Positions 1 through 10,316 of a stretch of DNA of 53,782 nucleotides are shown one piece after another. Position numbers and translations under genes: made by a program. The notes below the pieces were generated by a model that did no database searches, was not told the origin of the DNA, and saw nothing but the letters and a program-made list of their open reading frames with translations. Position 1 is the first letter of the stretch; each line of letters opens with the position of its first letter. Source of the stretch: Bacteroidia bacterium (GTDB lineage: Bacteria; Bacteroidota; Bacteroidia; Bacteroidales; VadinHA17); contig JAPLDX010000041.1 in the NCBI GenBank assembly GCA_026391215.1, forward strand, positions 1 to 53,782, written 5' to 3'.

Positions 1-404
1 AAAATGTGAATGCGCTCGTGAATCTCTCCTCATGCAAAGAGATTTCGGTTCATGATTTTATCAACAGGATGGATTATGCATTTGCTGCGGCAGATGTAAT
101 AGTTTCAAGGGCAGGAGCAGGGACCATTTCAGAATTATGCCTGGTGGGAAAACCTGTAATCCTCATTCCTTCGCCAAATGTCGCTGAAGATCACCAGACA
201 AAAAATGCAGAAGCCCTTCACCTCAGGAATGCCGCGGTTATGGTTCGCGACAGTGAGGCATTGAATAACCTTGTGGATGAGGCGATTAAACTAGTTGCTG
301 ACAGCAGTCGAAGAGCAGTTTTGTCGGAAAACATAAAAAATATGGCTGACAGGGACGCTGATGTAAGAATAGCAAAAGAAATATTGAAGCTGGCAGGTAA
401 ATGA
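1..404 (+). CDS. murG: MurG glycosyltransferase, C-terminal part (5' end outside window)
   Basis: ADVIVSRAGAGTISEL and LIPSPNVAEDHQTKNA are MurG C-terminal motifs; directly upstream of murC; frame open to the window edge. Confidence 0.95.
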   Translation, partial: NVNALVNLSSCKEISVHDFINRMDYAFAAADVIVSRAGAGTISELCLVGKPVILIPSPNVAEDHQTKNAEALHLRNAAVMVRDSEALNNLVDEAIKLVADSSRRAVLSENIKNMADRDADVRIAKEILKLAGK

Positions 405-1795
405 TTGAATTCAAAGACATAGAAGGTTTTTATTTTGTAGGGATCGGAGGGATCGGCATGAGCGCTCTTGCCTTATATTTCAGCAAGGGAGGATATGCAA
501 TTGCCGGTTATGACAGGTCGTCAGGCAGAATTACCGATTCTCTTGCTGCAGCAGGCTGCGATATTTCATTTAAGGATGAAATCGCCGGAATACCTTCTCT
601 TTTTAAGGAAATAAGGAACAGGGAAAAAGTCATAATAGTGTATACTCCTGCCATACCTGCTGACAGCCGTATCCTCAACTTTTTCAGGAATAACGGGTAC
701 AAGCTTTATAAAAGATCAGAGGTACTGGGAGAGATATCTTCAAAGACTGATACAATAGCTGTTGCGGGAACACACGGAAAAACAACGGTTTCGACTATGA
801 TCGCCTTCCTGCTGAAGCAGTCACACATCGACTGTTCGGCATTCCTTGGCGGAATATCAAAGAATTATGATTCAAACCTGCTTATCGGGAAAGGAAGTTA
901 TACAGTCATGGAAGCTGATGAATATGACAGATCATTTCACAGGCTCAGCCCGTTAATGGCAGTGGTCACTTCCGTAGACGCCGATCATCTGGACATCTAT
1001 GGTGATCATAAAACAATGATCGCTGCATATAATGAATTCTGCAGCAAGATAAGAAAGGGCGGCATGCTCCTCATTAACAGCAGGATAATAAATAATATCA
1101 TATATCCCGCGGGTGTAGCATGCTTTACTTACGGACAAGATCCGGCTGCTGATTTCAGAAGCTTTGATATTGAACATACTGGTGACTTTTACAGGTTCAG
1201 CATTAAAACTCCCGATAGAACAATCAGCGATCTTCACTTCCCCTTTCCTGGAATTATAAACATTGAAAACCTAACAGCCGCCATTGCAATTGCCCTGAAA
1301 TGCGGAGTTACAGAAGACGAGATACGCAAAGAGATAACTCTTTTCCGGGGTGTAAAGAGGAGATTTGACATAAGAGTAAATCTCCCCGGAATTGCCTATG
1401 TTGATGACTATGCCCATCATCCTGAAGAGATCAGAGCATGTGTAATGTCTCTGCGGGAGTATTTTGGGGGCAGAAAAATAACGGGAATATTCCAGCCGCA
1501 TCTTTTCTCGCGCACGCAGGATCATGCAGAAGGCTTTGCTGCTATACTGGATGAGCTTGACGAAGTTATCCTGCTCCCAATCTATCCGGCACGCGAGAAA
1601 CCCATCCCGGGTGTGTCATCTGAACTGATTCTTGATAAGATGAAGCTTAAAAGGAAAAAGCTCATCCCGATGGATGAGTTACCTGACCGGCTTGATATAA
1701 AAAAGATTGATGTGCTTGCTACTATTGGTGCAGGAGATATTGACAGGCTGGTGGAACCCATTGAGGAGAAGATCAGAAGGGAGGCTGGACGATGA
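401..1795 (+). CDS. murC: UDP-N-acetylmuramate--L-alanine ligase
   Basis: GIGGIGMS, AGTHGKTT P-loop, EADEYDRSF, DDYAHHP, FQPHLFSRT; position in dcw cluster. Confidence 0.97.
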   Translation: MIEFKDIEGFYFVGIGGIGMSALALYFSKGGYAIAGYDRSSGRITDSLAAAGCDISFKDEIAGIPSLFKEIRNREKVIIVYTPAIPADSRILNFFRNNGYKLYKRSEVLGEISSKTDTIAVAGTHGKTTVSTMIAFLLKQSHIDCSAFLGGISKNYDSNLLIGKGSYTVMEADEYDRSFHRLSPLMAVVTSVDADHLDIYGDHKTMIAAYNEFCSKIRKGGMLLINSRIINNIIYPAGVACFTYGQDPAADFRSFDIEHTGDFYRFSIKTPDRTISDLHFPFPGIINIENLTAAIAIALKCGVTEDEIRKEITLFRGVKRRFDIRVNLPGIAYVDDYAHHPEEIRACVMSLREYFGGRKITGIFQPHLFSRTQDHAEGFAAILDELDEVILLPIYPAREKPIPGVSSELILDKMKLKRKKLIPMDELPDRLDIKKIDVLATIGAGDIDRLVEPIEEKIRREAGR

Positions 1796-2571
1796 AAAAA
1801 CTGATCAGGATAATATTAATGATCCCTGTATTATATCTATTAATACTTCCATTCTTTCTGTCAGCCTCGGTAAACTCCAAACCTTGCAGCAGAATATCAG
1901 TTAATATTATTGACTCGTCTGATTATCATTTTGTTACAAAAAGGCAGCTGCTGAATCTTGTTTATGACAATGGTGGCAGCATAATCGGGAAGCCTGTAAA
2001 AAGCATAAAGGTTGCTGATATTGAGGGCAGGATAAATAACCTGAGGGAATTAAAAGAAGCCGAAGTTTATACCTCAATAGACGGTACTTTGCATGTTTAT
2101 ATAAATCAGCGCAATCCGGTCATGAGGGTAATGCCTGCTGAAGGAGGCGATTTTTTCATTGATGAAGATGGTTTTGTTTTCAGAAGAAGGAATCTATATT
2201 CGCCAAGGCTACATATAGTTGAGGGGAATATTAATATTACCCCGGCCATGCTTGACAGTGTCGGCATTCTTGACACAATTATTAAGAATACGATTCTAAA
2301 AGATGTTTTTCATTTTGTCAGTTACATAGACGGAAACAGTTTCTGGGCGGCCCAGATTGACCAGATCTATGTTGATGGACAGAATGAGATAGATCTGATA
2401 CCAAGAGTCGGAAATCATACCATTCACCTCGGCACATTTGAAAATTACAGGGACAAGCTGAAAAACCTGGGAGCATTCTATGATAAAGTGCTTCCTGAGG
2501 TGGGATGGAATAAATATTCAGTAATAAACCTTGAATTCAGGGATCAGATAGTATGCAGGAAAAGATTATGA
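1792..2571 (+). CDS. ftsQ: Cell division protein FtsQ/DivIB-like (Bacteroidota type)
   Basis: Single N-terminal TM followed by a POTRA-like region and C-terminal GWNKYSVINLEFRDQIVC; lies between murC and ftsA. Confidence 0.85.
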   Translation: MKKLIRIILMIPVLYLLILPFFLSASVNSKPCSRISVNIIDSSDYHFVTKRQLLNLVYDNGGSIIGKPVKSIKVADIEGRINNLRELKEAEVYTSIDGTLHVYINQRNPVMRVMPAEGGDFFIDEDGFVFRRRNLYSPRLHIVEGNINITPAMLDSVGILDTIIKNTILKDVFHFVSYIDGNSFWAAQIDQIYVDGQNEIDLIPRVGNHTIHLGTFENYRDKLKNLGAFYDKVLPEVGWNKYSVINLEFRDQIVCRKRL

Positions 2572-2590
2572 ATAACCATATTTAGATCAT

Positions 2591-3943
2591 ATGAGCAAAA
2601 AAGAACAGTACGTAGCAGCCATCGACATCGGAACCACAAAAATTGTGGCGATCGTCGGTAAGAAGAACGAGAATGACAAGATTGAAATTCTCGGGTTAAG
2701 CAAGGCTCTTTCCAAAGGTGTAAAGAGAGGCGTTGTAATGAATATTGAAGAGACGGTAAATGCAATCCATACAACTGTTGAGGATGTGCAGAAGAGATCA
2801 GGTATCATGTTCTCGGAAGTTTTTGTCGGTATTGCAGGCCAGCACATTAAGAGCATGAAGAGCCGCGGATATATTATGCGCGAATCCTTTGAAGATGAAA
2901 TCAGGAAAGATGAAGTTTTCAGGCTTATCGAGGATATGCATAAGATCCATATTGATATCGGCGAGGAGATAATACATGTCATCCCGCAGAATTTCATAGT
3001 TGATAACGAGACCGGAATTAAAAATCCTATAGGAATGTGCGGAAGGAGGCTGGAAGCCAATTTCCATATTGTAATAGGACAGGTGGCAGCTGCCAAGAAT
3101 ATCGAAAAGTGCATAAGGAAAGCCGGGATGACCGTAAAGGATATGATACTTGAACCCCTGGCTTCGTCTGAGGCCGTCCTGACTGAGGATGAAAAAGAAG
3201 CAGGAGTGGTGCTGGTCGATATCGGCGGCGGAACAACTGACCTGGCAGTGTATTACGATAACATCATACGTCATACTGCGGTTATCCCGCTTGGCGGAAA
3301 TGTTGTAACAAAGGATATTAAGGAGGGTTGTGCAATACTCCAGAGGCATGCCGAGCAATTAAAGATCCAGTACGGATCAGCTCTCGGGGACATTGCTCCT
3401 GAAGATAAAGTAGTGTCTATTCCAGGGATCGCCGGGAGAGACCCCAAAGAGATCTCATTTAAAAGCCTGGCCTATATTATTCAGTCAAGGATGGAAGAGA
3501 TAATTGATTTTATCAATTTCGAAATACAGAATTCGGGATACGCTGACAAGCTTGCTGCAGGTGTTGTGATCACTGGGGGTGGAGCAATGCTGAAACATCT
3601 TCCGCAGCTTATGAAATTCAAAACTGCCATGGATGTCAGGATAGGCCTGCCGAATGAACATCTTGCCGGTAGCAGCCGGAATGAAATAAATCAGCCCATG
3701 TATGCTACAAGCGTGGGATTAATTATGAAAGGCTTTGAATATCTTGAAACATACAAGCAAGTGATCAATATAGGACCTGAGAAGGAATATGTAAGGCCAA
3801 GGATGGAAGTTACTGAAGAAGCAGAGATGGATCAGGGCGAAGGACCTGTTGAATATCCGGGAGTATTAAAAACCACCCTGGTTGAAAAGATCAAGATAGC
3901 AATGCAGAAGATGTTTGAGGTTGAAGACCAGCCTATTAACTGA
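2591..3943 (+). CDS. ftsA: Cell division protein FtsA
   Basis: AIDIGTTKI, VDIGGGTTD and ITGGGA actin-fold motifs; upstream of ftsZ. Confidence 0.97.
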   Translation: MSKKEQYVAAIDIGTTKIVAIVGKKNENDKIEILGLSKALSKGVKRGVVMNIEETVNAIHTTVEDVQKRSGIMFSEVFVGIAGQHIKSMKSRGYIMRESFEDEIRKDEVFRLIEDMHKIHIDIGEEIIHVIPQNFIVDNETGIKNPIGMCGRRLEANFHIVIGQVAAAKNIEKCIRKAGMTVKDMILEPLASSEAVLTEDEKEAGVVLVDIGGGTTDLAVYYDNIIRHTAVIPLGGNVVTKDIKEGCAILQRHAEQLKIQYGSALGDIAPEDKVVSIPGIAGRDPKEISFKSLAYIIQSRMEEIIDFINFEIQNSGYADKLAAGVVITGGGAMLKHLPQLMKFKTAMDVRIGLPNEHLAGSSRNEINQPMYATSVGLIMKGFEYLETYKQVINIGPEKEYVRPRMEVTEEAEMDQGEGPVEYPGVLKTTLVEKIKIAMQKMFEVEDQPIN

Positions 3944-4007
3944 TCGAATATAAATATGGTTGTGCTATTATCCAATTTACTGTTCATAAACAATAAAAAT
4001 CAATACC

Positions 4008-5486
4008 ATGCCAGACGATATAATGAACTTTGATCTCCCTGTTGAAAGATCATCAATAATAAAAGTCCTTGGGGTTGGCGGCGGCGGAAATAATGCTGTC
4101 AATCATATGTTCGAAAAAGGCATCAGGGATGTGAATTTTGTGATCTGCAATACAGACCATCAGGCGCTGGCAACCAGCCCTGTCCCGATAAAGGTCCAGA
4201 TCGGTGAGGCCCTTACTGAAGGAATGGGAGCCGGAAGCCAGCCGGAGAAAGGCAGAAAAGCGGCCCTGGAAAACATTGATAACGTTATGGATGCACTTGC
4301 CGGCAACACGAGAATGGTATTCTTAACGACAGGGATGGGGGGAGGCACCGGCACCGGTGCAATACCAGTAATTGCCAAAGCCTGCAAGGAGGCAGGATTG
4401 CTTACAATAGCTGTTGTCACTATTCCGTTCAAATCGGAAGGCAAGGTCCGGATCAGATACGCAATTGATGGCATCACGGAGCTGAAAGATCACGTCGATT
4501 CGCTTCTTGTGATAAACAATGAGAAGCTAAGGGAGATCTATGGCAACCAGGGTGTCTCAACTGCATTCGCAAAAGCTGATGATGTGGTTACGACAGCTGT
4601 TAAAGGGATTGCTGAAATAATAACTGTTACCGGTTATATAAATGTCGATTTTGCAGATGTGGAGACAGTTATGAAGAATTCCGGTGTGGCCATAATGGGA
4701 ATGGGATCAGCTTCAGGCGAGAACAGGGCAATACGTGCAATTGAAAATGCACTTGCCTCACCTCTTCTCAATTCAAATGACATAACAGGCGCAAAAAGCA
4801 TACTTATCAATATCTCTTCCGGGAAAGGCGATCATGAGCTTACAATGGATGAACTGGGTGAAATAACTGATTATATGTATGAGGCTGCATCTGAAGATGC
4901 ATTGATAATCAGGGGTTTATCGCAGGATGACACTCTTGGAGAAAATATCAGTGTCATCGTAATTGCGACAGGTTTTGAGCCTAACAGCATCTTCCATCCT
5001 TATAAGACAAAAAAGCCAAAGCAGGTGGAAATGTTGTCAAATAAAGATGTCATACCTCCCTCAATAAATCCTCACAGGGAAGAAGAAATATTTACTGTTC
5101 ATGACAAGGGAAAAAAGTCAATAATCACCGATTTTGAGGAGGAATCACAGGGTGAATTGAATTTTGGATCTGTAGCCGGCGCTAATAAAAACGTATCGGA
5201 GGAAGATGAAAAGGTTGAAGAGGAGCAGGAAAAATCCGGATCTACATTGCGAAAAGTGAAGCAAATGCATAGGATAATTCAAAAGGAAGGGCTCTCAAAT
5301 AAAACTATTGAAGAGAATATTGAAACATTTGAAGATGTACCTGCCTATGTAAGAAGAAATATGATGCTGGGATCACCTGATAAAACTTCAGAAAGTAAAT
5401 TATCCAGGTTCACGCTTACTTCTGATGATGAGGAAGGTCCAGTGTTAAGGGAAAACAATGCTTACCTGAATGATAATGTAGATTAA
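4008..5486 (+). CDS. ftsZ: Cell division protein FtsZ
   Basis: GVGGGGNNAV, tubulin signature GMGGGTGTG, INVDFADV; long acidic linker and Bacteroidota-type tail (VPAYVRR...NNAYLNDNVD). Confidence 0.98.
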   Translation: MPDDIMNFDLPVERSSIIKVLGVGGGGNNAVNHMFEKGIRDVNFVICNTDHQALATSPVPIKVQIGEALTEGMGAGSQPEKGRKAALENIDNVMDALAGNTRMVFLTTGMGGGTGTGAIPVIAKACKEAGLLTIAVVTIPFKSEGKVRIRYAIDGITELKDHVDSLLVINNEKLREIYGNQGVSTAFAKADDVVTTAVKGIAEIITVTGYINVDFADVETVMKNSGVAIMGMGSASGENRAIRAIENALASPLLNSNDITGAKSILINISSGKGDHELTMDELGEITDYMYEAASEDALIIRGLSQDDTLGENISVIVIATGFEPNSIFHPYKTKKPKQVEMLSNKDVIPPSINPHREEEIFTVHDKGKKSIITDFEEESQGELNFGSVAGANKNVSEEDEKVEEEQEKSGSTLRKVKQMHRIIQKEGLSNKTIEENIETFEDVPAYVRRNMMLGSPDKTSESKLSRFTLTSDDEEGPVLRENNAYLNDNVD

Positions 5487-5514
5487 CCGGTAAGTATTAT
5501 AATAAATTTGATAT

Positions 5515-5541
5515 CAGGGACGTTGCATTGCATCGTCCCTG
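5515..5541. repeat. Short palindrome CAGGGACGTTGCATTGCATCGTCCCTG (REP-like; possible ftsZ 3' hairpin), copy 1 of 2
   Basis: Arms CAGGGACG/CGTCCCTG; near-identical palindrome at 49729-49754. Confidence 0.7.
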
Positions 5542-5556
5542 CTTATTTATATTTTC

Positions 5557-5564
5557 TATATTTG
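5557..5564 (+). promoter_or_regulatory. Bacteroidota primary-sigma -7 box (TATATTTG) for the porin gene
   Basis: Exact TAnnTTTG match 5 nt before the ATG at 5570. Confidence 0.6.
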
Positions 5565-5569
5565 CGCAG

Positions 5570-7501
5570 ATGAAAAGGATTGTACCCATATTATTGCTTC
5601 TCTCAGCCTCTCCTTTTTTACATGCCCAGGGAAAAGACATTAAACCCAAAGCGCCAAAGACCATAAGAGAGTGGACCCTTTCTTCTGATTTCATGGAAGA
5701 GGTAACTATTCCTTTTGATACTGTTTTTTCGCTGTTCCACCGTTACAGGATATCTGACAGGCAATCTCCCGTAAATGCCACCCTGGGCAATTATGGGCTG
5801 CCCTTTTATCCGATAAGTTTTTTTGACCGTGTTTTTGATCCGGATAAATATCTGTATTCAAATTATTATCCCTTTATGTATCATTCCGGGAATACCGTCT
5901 TTATGGATACCCAGGTGCCATTCACAGAACTGGTCTGGACTTACGGCGCTCCACGGGAAACCTCAGAACAGACATTCAGGGTGCGTCATTCTCAGAATGT
6001 GAACAAGTTTTTCAATTTCGGGCTCATTTATGATATTATTTACAGCCTTGGACAGTACAATTACCAGAGAGCCGAGGACAAGACTTTTACCTTTCATTCC
6101 TCCTATACCGTGCCCAAATACAAAGCTTATTTTGCGACTGGGATCAATAACATAGTATCGTATGAAAATGGCGGATTAACAAAGCCAACAGACGATCCGG
6201 GGAGTTACGATTCCCCCCGCGATATACCGGTAAATCTCGGAAGCCTGAACGTGGCAAAAAACATACTGAAAAACCAGAATATCCTTCTTGTTCAGCGTTA
6301 TACCATTGGAGGGCAGCCTGTAACAACTGATAGTACCGATCAGAAGAAGAAAGGATTTCTTGGTCTCAGCGGCACTTTTTCGCATATTCTCATATGGGAG
6401 AATACTAAAAGGACATACTCTGACATTGGTCCCGAATATGGCTTTTACGATACAATCTACATAAGCAATTCAACTACATTTGATTCACTTTATTCCCGGA
6501 ATCTGAAAAATACTCTAAGGTTTGATTTCACAACTGATGAATCGAGAAAAATCAGGATTGGAGGAGGGGTGGGACTGCGGAATGAACTATTCAGGTACAG
6601 CCAGATCATCCCGACACACGACCCCAAATTTGCTGATACTGCCCGTTGGGACAAAAGCAATTATGTACTTGTAGGACGCCTTTACAACAATATCGGGGAA
6701 AAATTCAGGTGGAATGCAAAGGGTGAACTTATCCTGACAGGTTACCGCGCAGGTGATTTCAGCCTGGCAGGGGAGATTGTAAAATCATTCGCCTGGGAAG
6801 AAGGAACCGCATCATGGCTGATAAACGGGAGTATTATAAACAGACAGCCATCTTTCTGGTACGAACAGTGGGGTGGTAATAATTTTGAGTGGAGCAATAA
6901 TTTTAAGAAGGAATTCCGGATTGACATTGGGACGAGCTTTATATACCCGGCCCTAAAAGCCGAGGTGAAACTGAATTATGCTATAATCGATAACTATACC
7001 GATTTTAATACTTCTGCTATTCCTTCACAGCATGAAGGAGGATTATCAGTAGCTGCCCTCACTGCCAGGAAGGAATTCAGGGCCTGGAAATTCCATTTTA
7101 CAGGAGATGTGATAGTCCAGAAAAGCAGCAATCCTGATATTCTTGACCTTCCGCTGGCCGCAGCACGTGCAGCAATATTCTTTGAACACCATTTCAGGTT
7201 CAGGCAGACTAACGGAAAACTTTCCGTTCAGATGGGAGCGGATGCCATGTATCATACATTATATTATCCGTACTCATATATGCCCGCTACTGGAAGGTTT
7301 TACAGACAGGATCAGGAGAAGACCGGAAATTATCCGTTTATTAATGTTTTTCTCAACCTTAAAATTAAAAGAACGCGATTTTTCATTATGATGGATCATT
7401 TAAATTCGGGATTTATGGGTAATAATTACTATATGATCCCATCTTATCCAATGAATATCAGAATGTTACGTTATGGATTAGCCTGGACGTTCTACAATTA
7501 A
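5570..7501 (+). CDS. Putative outer-membrane beta-barrel porin (Bacteroidota 'putative porin'/Porin_10-like)
   Basis: Signal peptide MKRIVPILLLLSASPFLHAQ (ATG 5570 preferred over TTG 5528); HSQNVN..FNFG, YMPATGRFY and GNYPFINVF motifs; aromatic C-terminal strand YGLAWTFYN. Confidence 0.8.
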   Translation: MKRIVPILLLLSASPFLHAQGKDIKPKAPKTIREWTLSSDFMEEVTIPFDTVFSLFHRYRISDRQSPVNATLGNYGLPFYPISFFDRVFDPDKYLYSNYYPFMYHSGNTVFMDTQVPFTELVWTYGAPRETSEQTFRVRHSQNVNKFFNFGLIYDIIYSLGQYNYQRAEDKTFTFHSSYTVPKYKAYFATGINNIVSYENGGLTKPTDDPGSYDSPRDIPVNLGSLNVAKNILKNQNILLVQRYTIGGQPVTTDSTDQKKKGFLGLSGTFSHILIWENTKRTYSDIGPEYGFYDTIYISNSTTFDSLYSRNLKNTLRFDFTTDESRKIRIGGGVGLRNELFRYSQIIPTHDPKFADTARWDKSNYVLVGRLYNNIGEKFRWNAKGELILTGYRAGDFSLAGEIVKSFAWEEGTASWLINGSIINRQPSFWYEQWGGNNFEWSNNFKKEFRIDIGTSFIYPALKAEVKLNYAIIDNYTDFNTSAIPSQHEGGLSVAALTARKEFRAWKFHFTGDVIVQKSSNPDILDLPLAAARAAIFFEHHFRFRQTNGKLSVQMGADAMYHTLYYPYSYMPATGRFYRQDQEKTGNYPFINVFLNLKIKRTRFFIMMDHLNSGFMGNNYYMIPSYPMNIRMLRYGLAWTFYN

Positions 7502-7511
7502 AAAATTATTG

Positions 7512-7519
7512 TATCTTTG
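7512..7519 (+). promoter_or_regulatory. -7 box (TATCTTTG) upstream of the mltF-like gene
   Basis: Exact TAnnTTTG match in the short intergenic gap. Confidence 0.6.
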
Positions 7520-7534
7520 CACCCAATTTTTTAA

Positions 7535-9007
7535 TTGGAGAGATGTTTAACTAATTCAATAATTTTGATAAGAATAATTGCAATCCTTTTTATATTTATG
7601 GAAGTATTTTTTACTTCCTGCAGCAAAAATCCGGTCACTTCCTATAATAATAATAATACTGTCTCCTTTGATCTTGATTCTATCCGGGCAAGGGGCAGGC
7701 TTATTGCGGTAACAGATTTTAATTCCACGAATTATTTCATTTACAGGGGAGAACCGATGGGTTTTCACTACGAATTGCTGTCGGCATTTGCCGATCATCT
7801 TGGAGTCGATCTTGAAATGATCAAGGAGAATCACCTTGAAGAGGCATTTGATCTTCTGAATACAGGTAAAGCAGATCTTCTGGCTATCAGCCTTACCATC
7901 AATTCAACACGCAGGAATGAGATCCTTTTTTCAACTCCTGTTTATGAGACCAGGCAGATCCTTGTGCAGCGTAAACCGCGCCAGTGGCGCTACATGACAA
8001 CTGATGAGCTGAACAGTATTTTGATCAGGAACCAGCTCGATCTGGCTGGCAAGACAGTATTTGTACAGAAAGGATCATCGCATTCTGAACGCCTTATATC
8101 GCTGGCCGCTGAAATCGGAGATTCAATTAGCATTATTGAAGTGCCTAATGAAGCAGAACAGCTGATCCGGAACGTTGCAAGAGGGGACATTCAGTATGCG
8201 GTGGCCGATGAGAATGTAGCCATGGTTAATGCTACCTATTACCCTGATATTGATATAAATACGCCTGTAAGCTTTCCGCAGAACATTGGCTGGGGGTTGA
8301 GGAAGAAAAATACCGAAATGCTGTCAGCGGAGCTCAATAAATGGTTGACTGCCTATAAAAAAACTAACTCCTATGCATTTTTGTACGCGAAATACTTTAA
8401 GAACGAAAGGTCAAGAAGGATAATCAAAAGTGATTATTATGCACTGAGTACAGGGAAAATATCGCAGTGGGACGACCTGATAAAATCCGCAAGCACTGAA
8501 ATAGACTGGGACTGGCGTTTGCTGGCATCTTTGATATACCAGGAATCGCGTTTTGATCCTGATGTAAAATCATGGGCAGGAGCTTACGGATTGATGCAGA
8601 TAATGCCTGTTACCAGTAAAAGCCTTGGGATTGATATCACTTCCACTCCATCGAATAATATAAAAGCAGGTACAATCTATTTAGATCAGCTTCATTCAAT
8701 ATTTAATCCGAGAATAAAGGATGAAAAGGAGCGGATTAAGTTTATCCTTGCATCATACAATGCGGGACCCGGACACGTACTTGATGCCATGAGGCTTGCA
8801 GATAAATATGGCATGAATCCCCAGGTTTGGGATAATGTTGCCGTATGGCTTCAGAAGAAATCCGAACCCAGATACTATAATGATACAGTTGTAAAAAACG
8901 GATACTTCAGGGGTACTGAATCTGTAAATTTTGTAACGGAGATCCTTGACAGGTTTGAACATTACAAGAACTTCGTCCCTGAGCAGATCAGCCAGAATTA
9001 TAAATAA
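7535..9007 (+). CDS. mltF: MltF-like lytic murein transglycosylase (substrate-binding domain + SLT domain), probable lipoprotein
   Basis: N-terminal SBP_bac_3-like region (YFIYRGEPMGFHYEL); SLT motifs YQESRF, AYGLMQIMP, ASYNAGPGHV; lipobox-like FTSC; start codon uncertain (TTG). Confidence 0.85.
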   Translation: MERCLTNSIILIRIIAILFIFMEVFFTSCSKNPVTSYNNNNTVSFDLDSIRARGRLIAVTDFNSTNYFIYRGEPMGFHYELLSAFADHLGVDLEMIKENHLEEAFDLLNTGKADLLAISLTINSTRRNEILFSTPVYETRQILVQRKPRQWRYMTTDELNSILIRNQLDLAGKTVFVQKGSSHSERLISLAAEIGDSISIIEVPNEAEQLIRNVARGDIQYAVADENVAMVNATYYPDIDINTPVSFPQNIGWGLRKKNTEMLSAELNKWLTAYKKTNSYAFLYAKYFKNERSRRIIKSDYYALSTGKISQWDDLIKSASTEIDWDWRLLASLIYQESRFDPDVKSWAGAYGLMQIMPVTSKSLGIDITSTPSNNIKAGTIYLDQLHSIFNPRIKDEKERIKFILASYNAGPGHVLDAMRLADKYGMNPQVWDNVAVWLQKKSEPRYYNDTVVKNGYFRGTESVNFVTEILDRFEHYKNFVPEQISQNYK

Positions 9008-9021
9008 GGTGTGCTTGTGTT

Positions 9022-10266
9022 TTAGTCGTACCTGATTGCTTTTACCGGGGTGATCCTGCTTATGAGCTTTGAAGGAACCAGAAGCATGAAAAGTATCACT
9101 GCCATACTGCCCGCATTTAATAATAGTATATGTATAAGTTCAAGATTAATGGGGACGGTCTTGATATAATAGGAGGATGGATCAAGGGTGATCAGTCCTG
9201 TCTTCAATTGCAATAAAGCAAGTCCGATGCCTATCAAGTTACCCCATAAGAGTCCTTTGCCGATAAGATAAGCTGCCTGGTAAAGAAAAACCCTTCGGAT
9301 CATGACATCGTCAGAACCGAGGGCTTTCAGAATTCCTATCATATTGGTTTTTTCAAGAATAAGTATCAGCAGGCCGGATATCATATTGAATCCTGCAACT
9401 ATAAGCATCAGGAGAATAATTATTATCACGTTGACATCCTGGAAATTCAGCCAGTCGAAAATCTGGGGATACTTCATCCTGATGTTGGTTACCTTAAATT
9501 GTTCATCATCTTCCATCAGGCGGTAGCCGATAGCATCTCTTACAGCCATAGTCATCTCGTCGAGCCGGTCAAAATCATCAATATAAATTTCAAATCCGCT
9601 GATCTGGTCATCGTCCCATCCATTCAGGCGTTTTATATGTCCGATATCGCAGAAGACATAAATCTTATCGAACTCCTCAAGACTGGTTTCGTAAATACCG
9701 CTGACTGTAAATTTTCTCATTCGGGGAGGATCCTGCACAAAATGCATGGCAAATGAGTCACCGATCCTGAGCCGGAGCATGTTGGATATCTTTTTTGAAA
9801 TGATCACCTTATCCGTGCGGGCGGAATCATTTACTGTGAAGATCGTACCCTCTGTCATATTGTTGCTGAAATAGCTCCAGTCAAAATCGCTTCCGACGCC
9901 TTTCAAAACCACACCCTGGAAATCTTCATCTGTCCTGATTATCCCTGCTTTTGTAGCAAATACCTGTACGTGACTTATTCCCGGAGTTTTCCTTATTTTT
10001 TCAATGAAATTCTGCCCCTGGCGTATTGGTGCAGTTTCAAAAGAGAGATTTGAATCGAAATTCACTATCTGGATATTTGAACCAAAACCCACGATCTTTT
10101 CCCTGATCTGTTTCTTAAAACCCGTTAGTATGGCAACGGCAAGGATCATCACAGCCAGTCCAAGTGCAATGCCGACTATAGCAATAACATTTATCGGCCT
10201 TGAAAAAGAAGTCCCTTCCCTCCTGCCCTTAACGAGGCGCTGTGCTATGAAATATGGCAAATTCAT
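9022..10266 (-). CDS. Lipoprotein-releasing ABC transporter permease, LolC/LolE family
   Basis: IAIVGIALGLAVMIL TM1, large periplasmic loop, ILEKTNMIGILKALG FtsX-type motif, C-terminal ITPVKAIRY. Confidence 0.85.
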   Translation of the reverse strand: MNLPYFIAQRLVKGRREGTSFSRPINVIAIVGIALGLAVMILAVAILTGFKKQIREKIVGFGSNIQIVNFDSNLSFETAPIRQGQNFIEKIRKTPGISHVQVFATKAGIIRTDEDFQGVVLKGVGSDFDWSYFSNNMTEGTIFTVNDSARTDKVIISKKISNMLRLRIGDSFAMHFVQDPPRMRKFTVSGIYETSLEEFDKIYVFCDIGHIKRLNGWDDDQISGFEIYIDDFDRLDEMTMAVRDAIGYRLMEDDEQFKVTNIRMKYPQIFDWLNFQDVNVIIIILLMLIVAGFNMISGLLILILEKTNMIGILKALGSDDVMIRRVFLYQAAYLIGKGLLWGNLIGIGLALLQLKTGLITLDPSSYYIKTVPINLELIHILLLNAGSMAVILFMLLVPSKLISRITPVKAIRYD

Positions 10267-10280
10267 ATTTTAATTGAAAT

Positions 10281-10288
10281 CAAAAGTA
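10281..10288 (-). promoter_or_regulatory. -7 box (TACTTTTG, minus strand) for the lolE-like gene in a 50-bp divergent gap
   Basis: CAAAAGTA on the plus strand, 14 nt from the ATG at 10266. Confidence 0.55.
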
Positions 10289-10316
10289 TTAGATTTACAG
10301 ATCAAAGCAAACATAT

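Noticed and set aside
2587-3114. Long antisense ORFs (e.g. 2587-3114, 2798-3358, 40597-41046, 43740-44099, 50217-50588)
   Set aside because: Shadow frames of well-supported genes on the opposite strand, with no recognisable motifs
4980-5486. Long C-terminal extension of FtsZ as a novelty
   Set aside because: Long acidic linkers and this terminal motif are typical of Bacteroidota FtsZ
5528-5569. Upstream-extended starts from the ORF track (porin 5528, valS 13891, nadC 21284, rlmH 21767, tolC 45089, ATPase 50166)
   Set aside because: They overlap promoter boxes, repeats or neighbouring genes; downstream ATGs give family-typical N-termini
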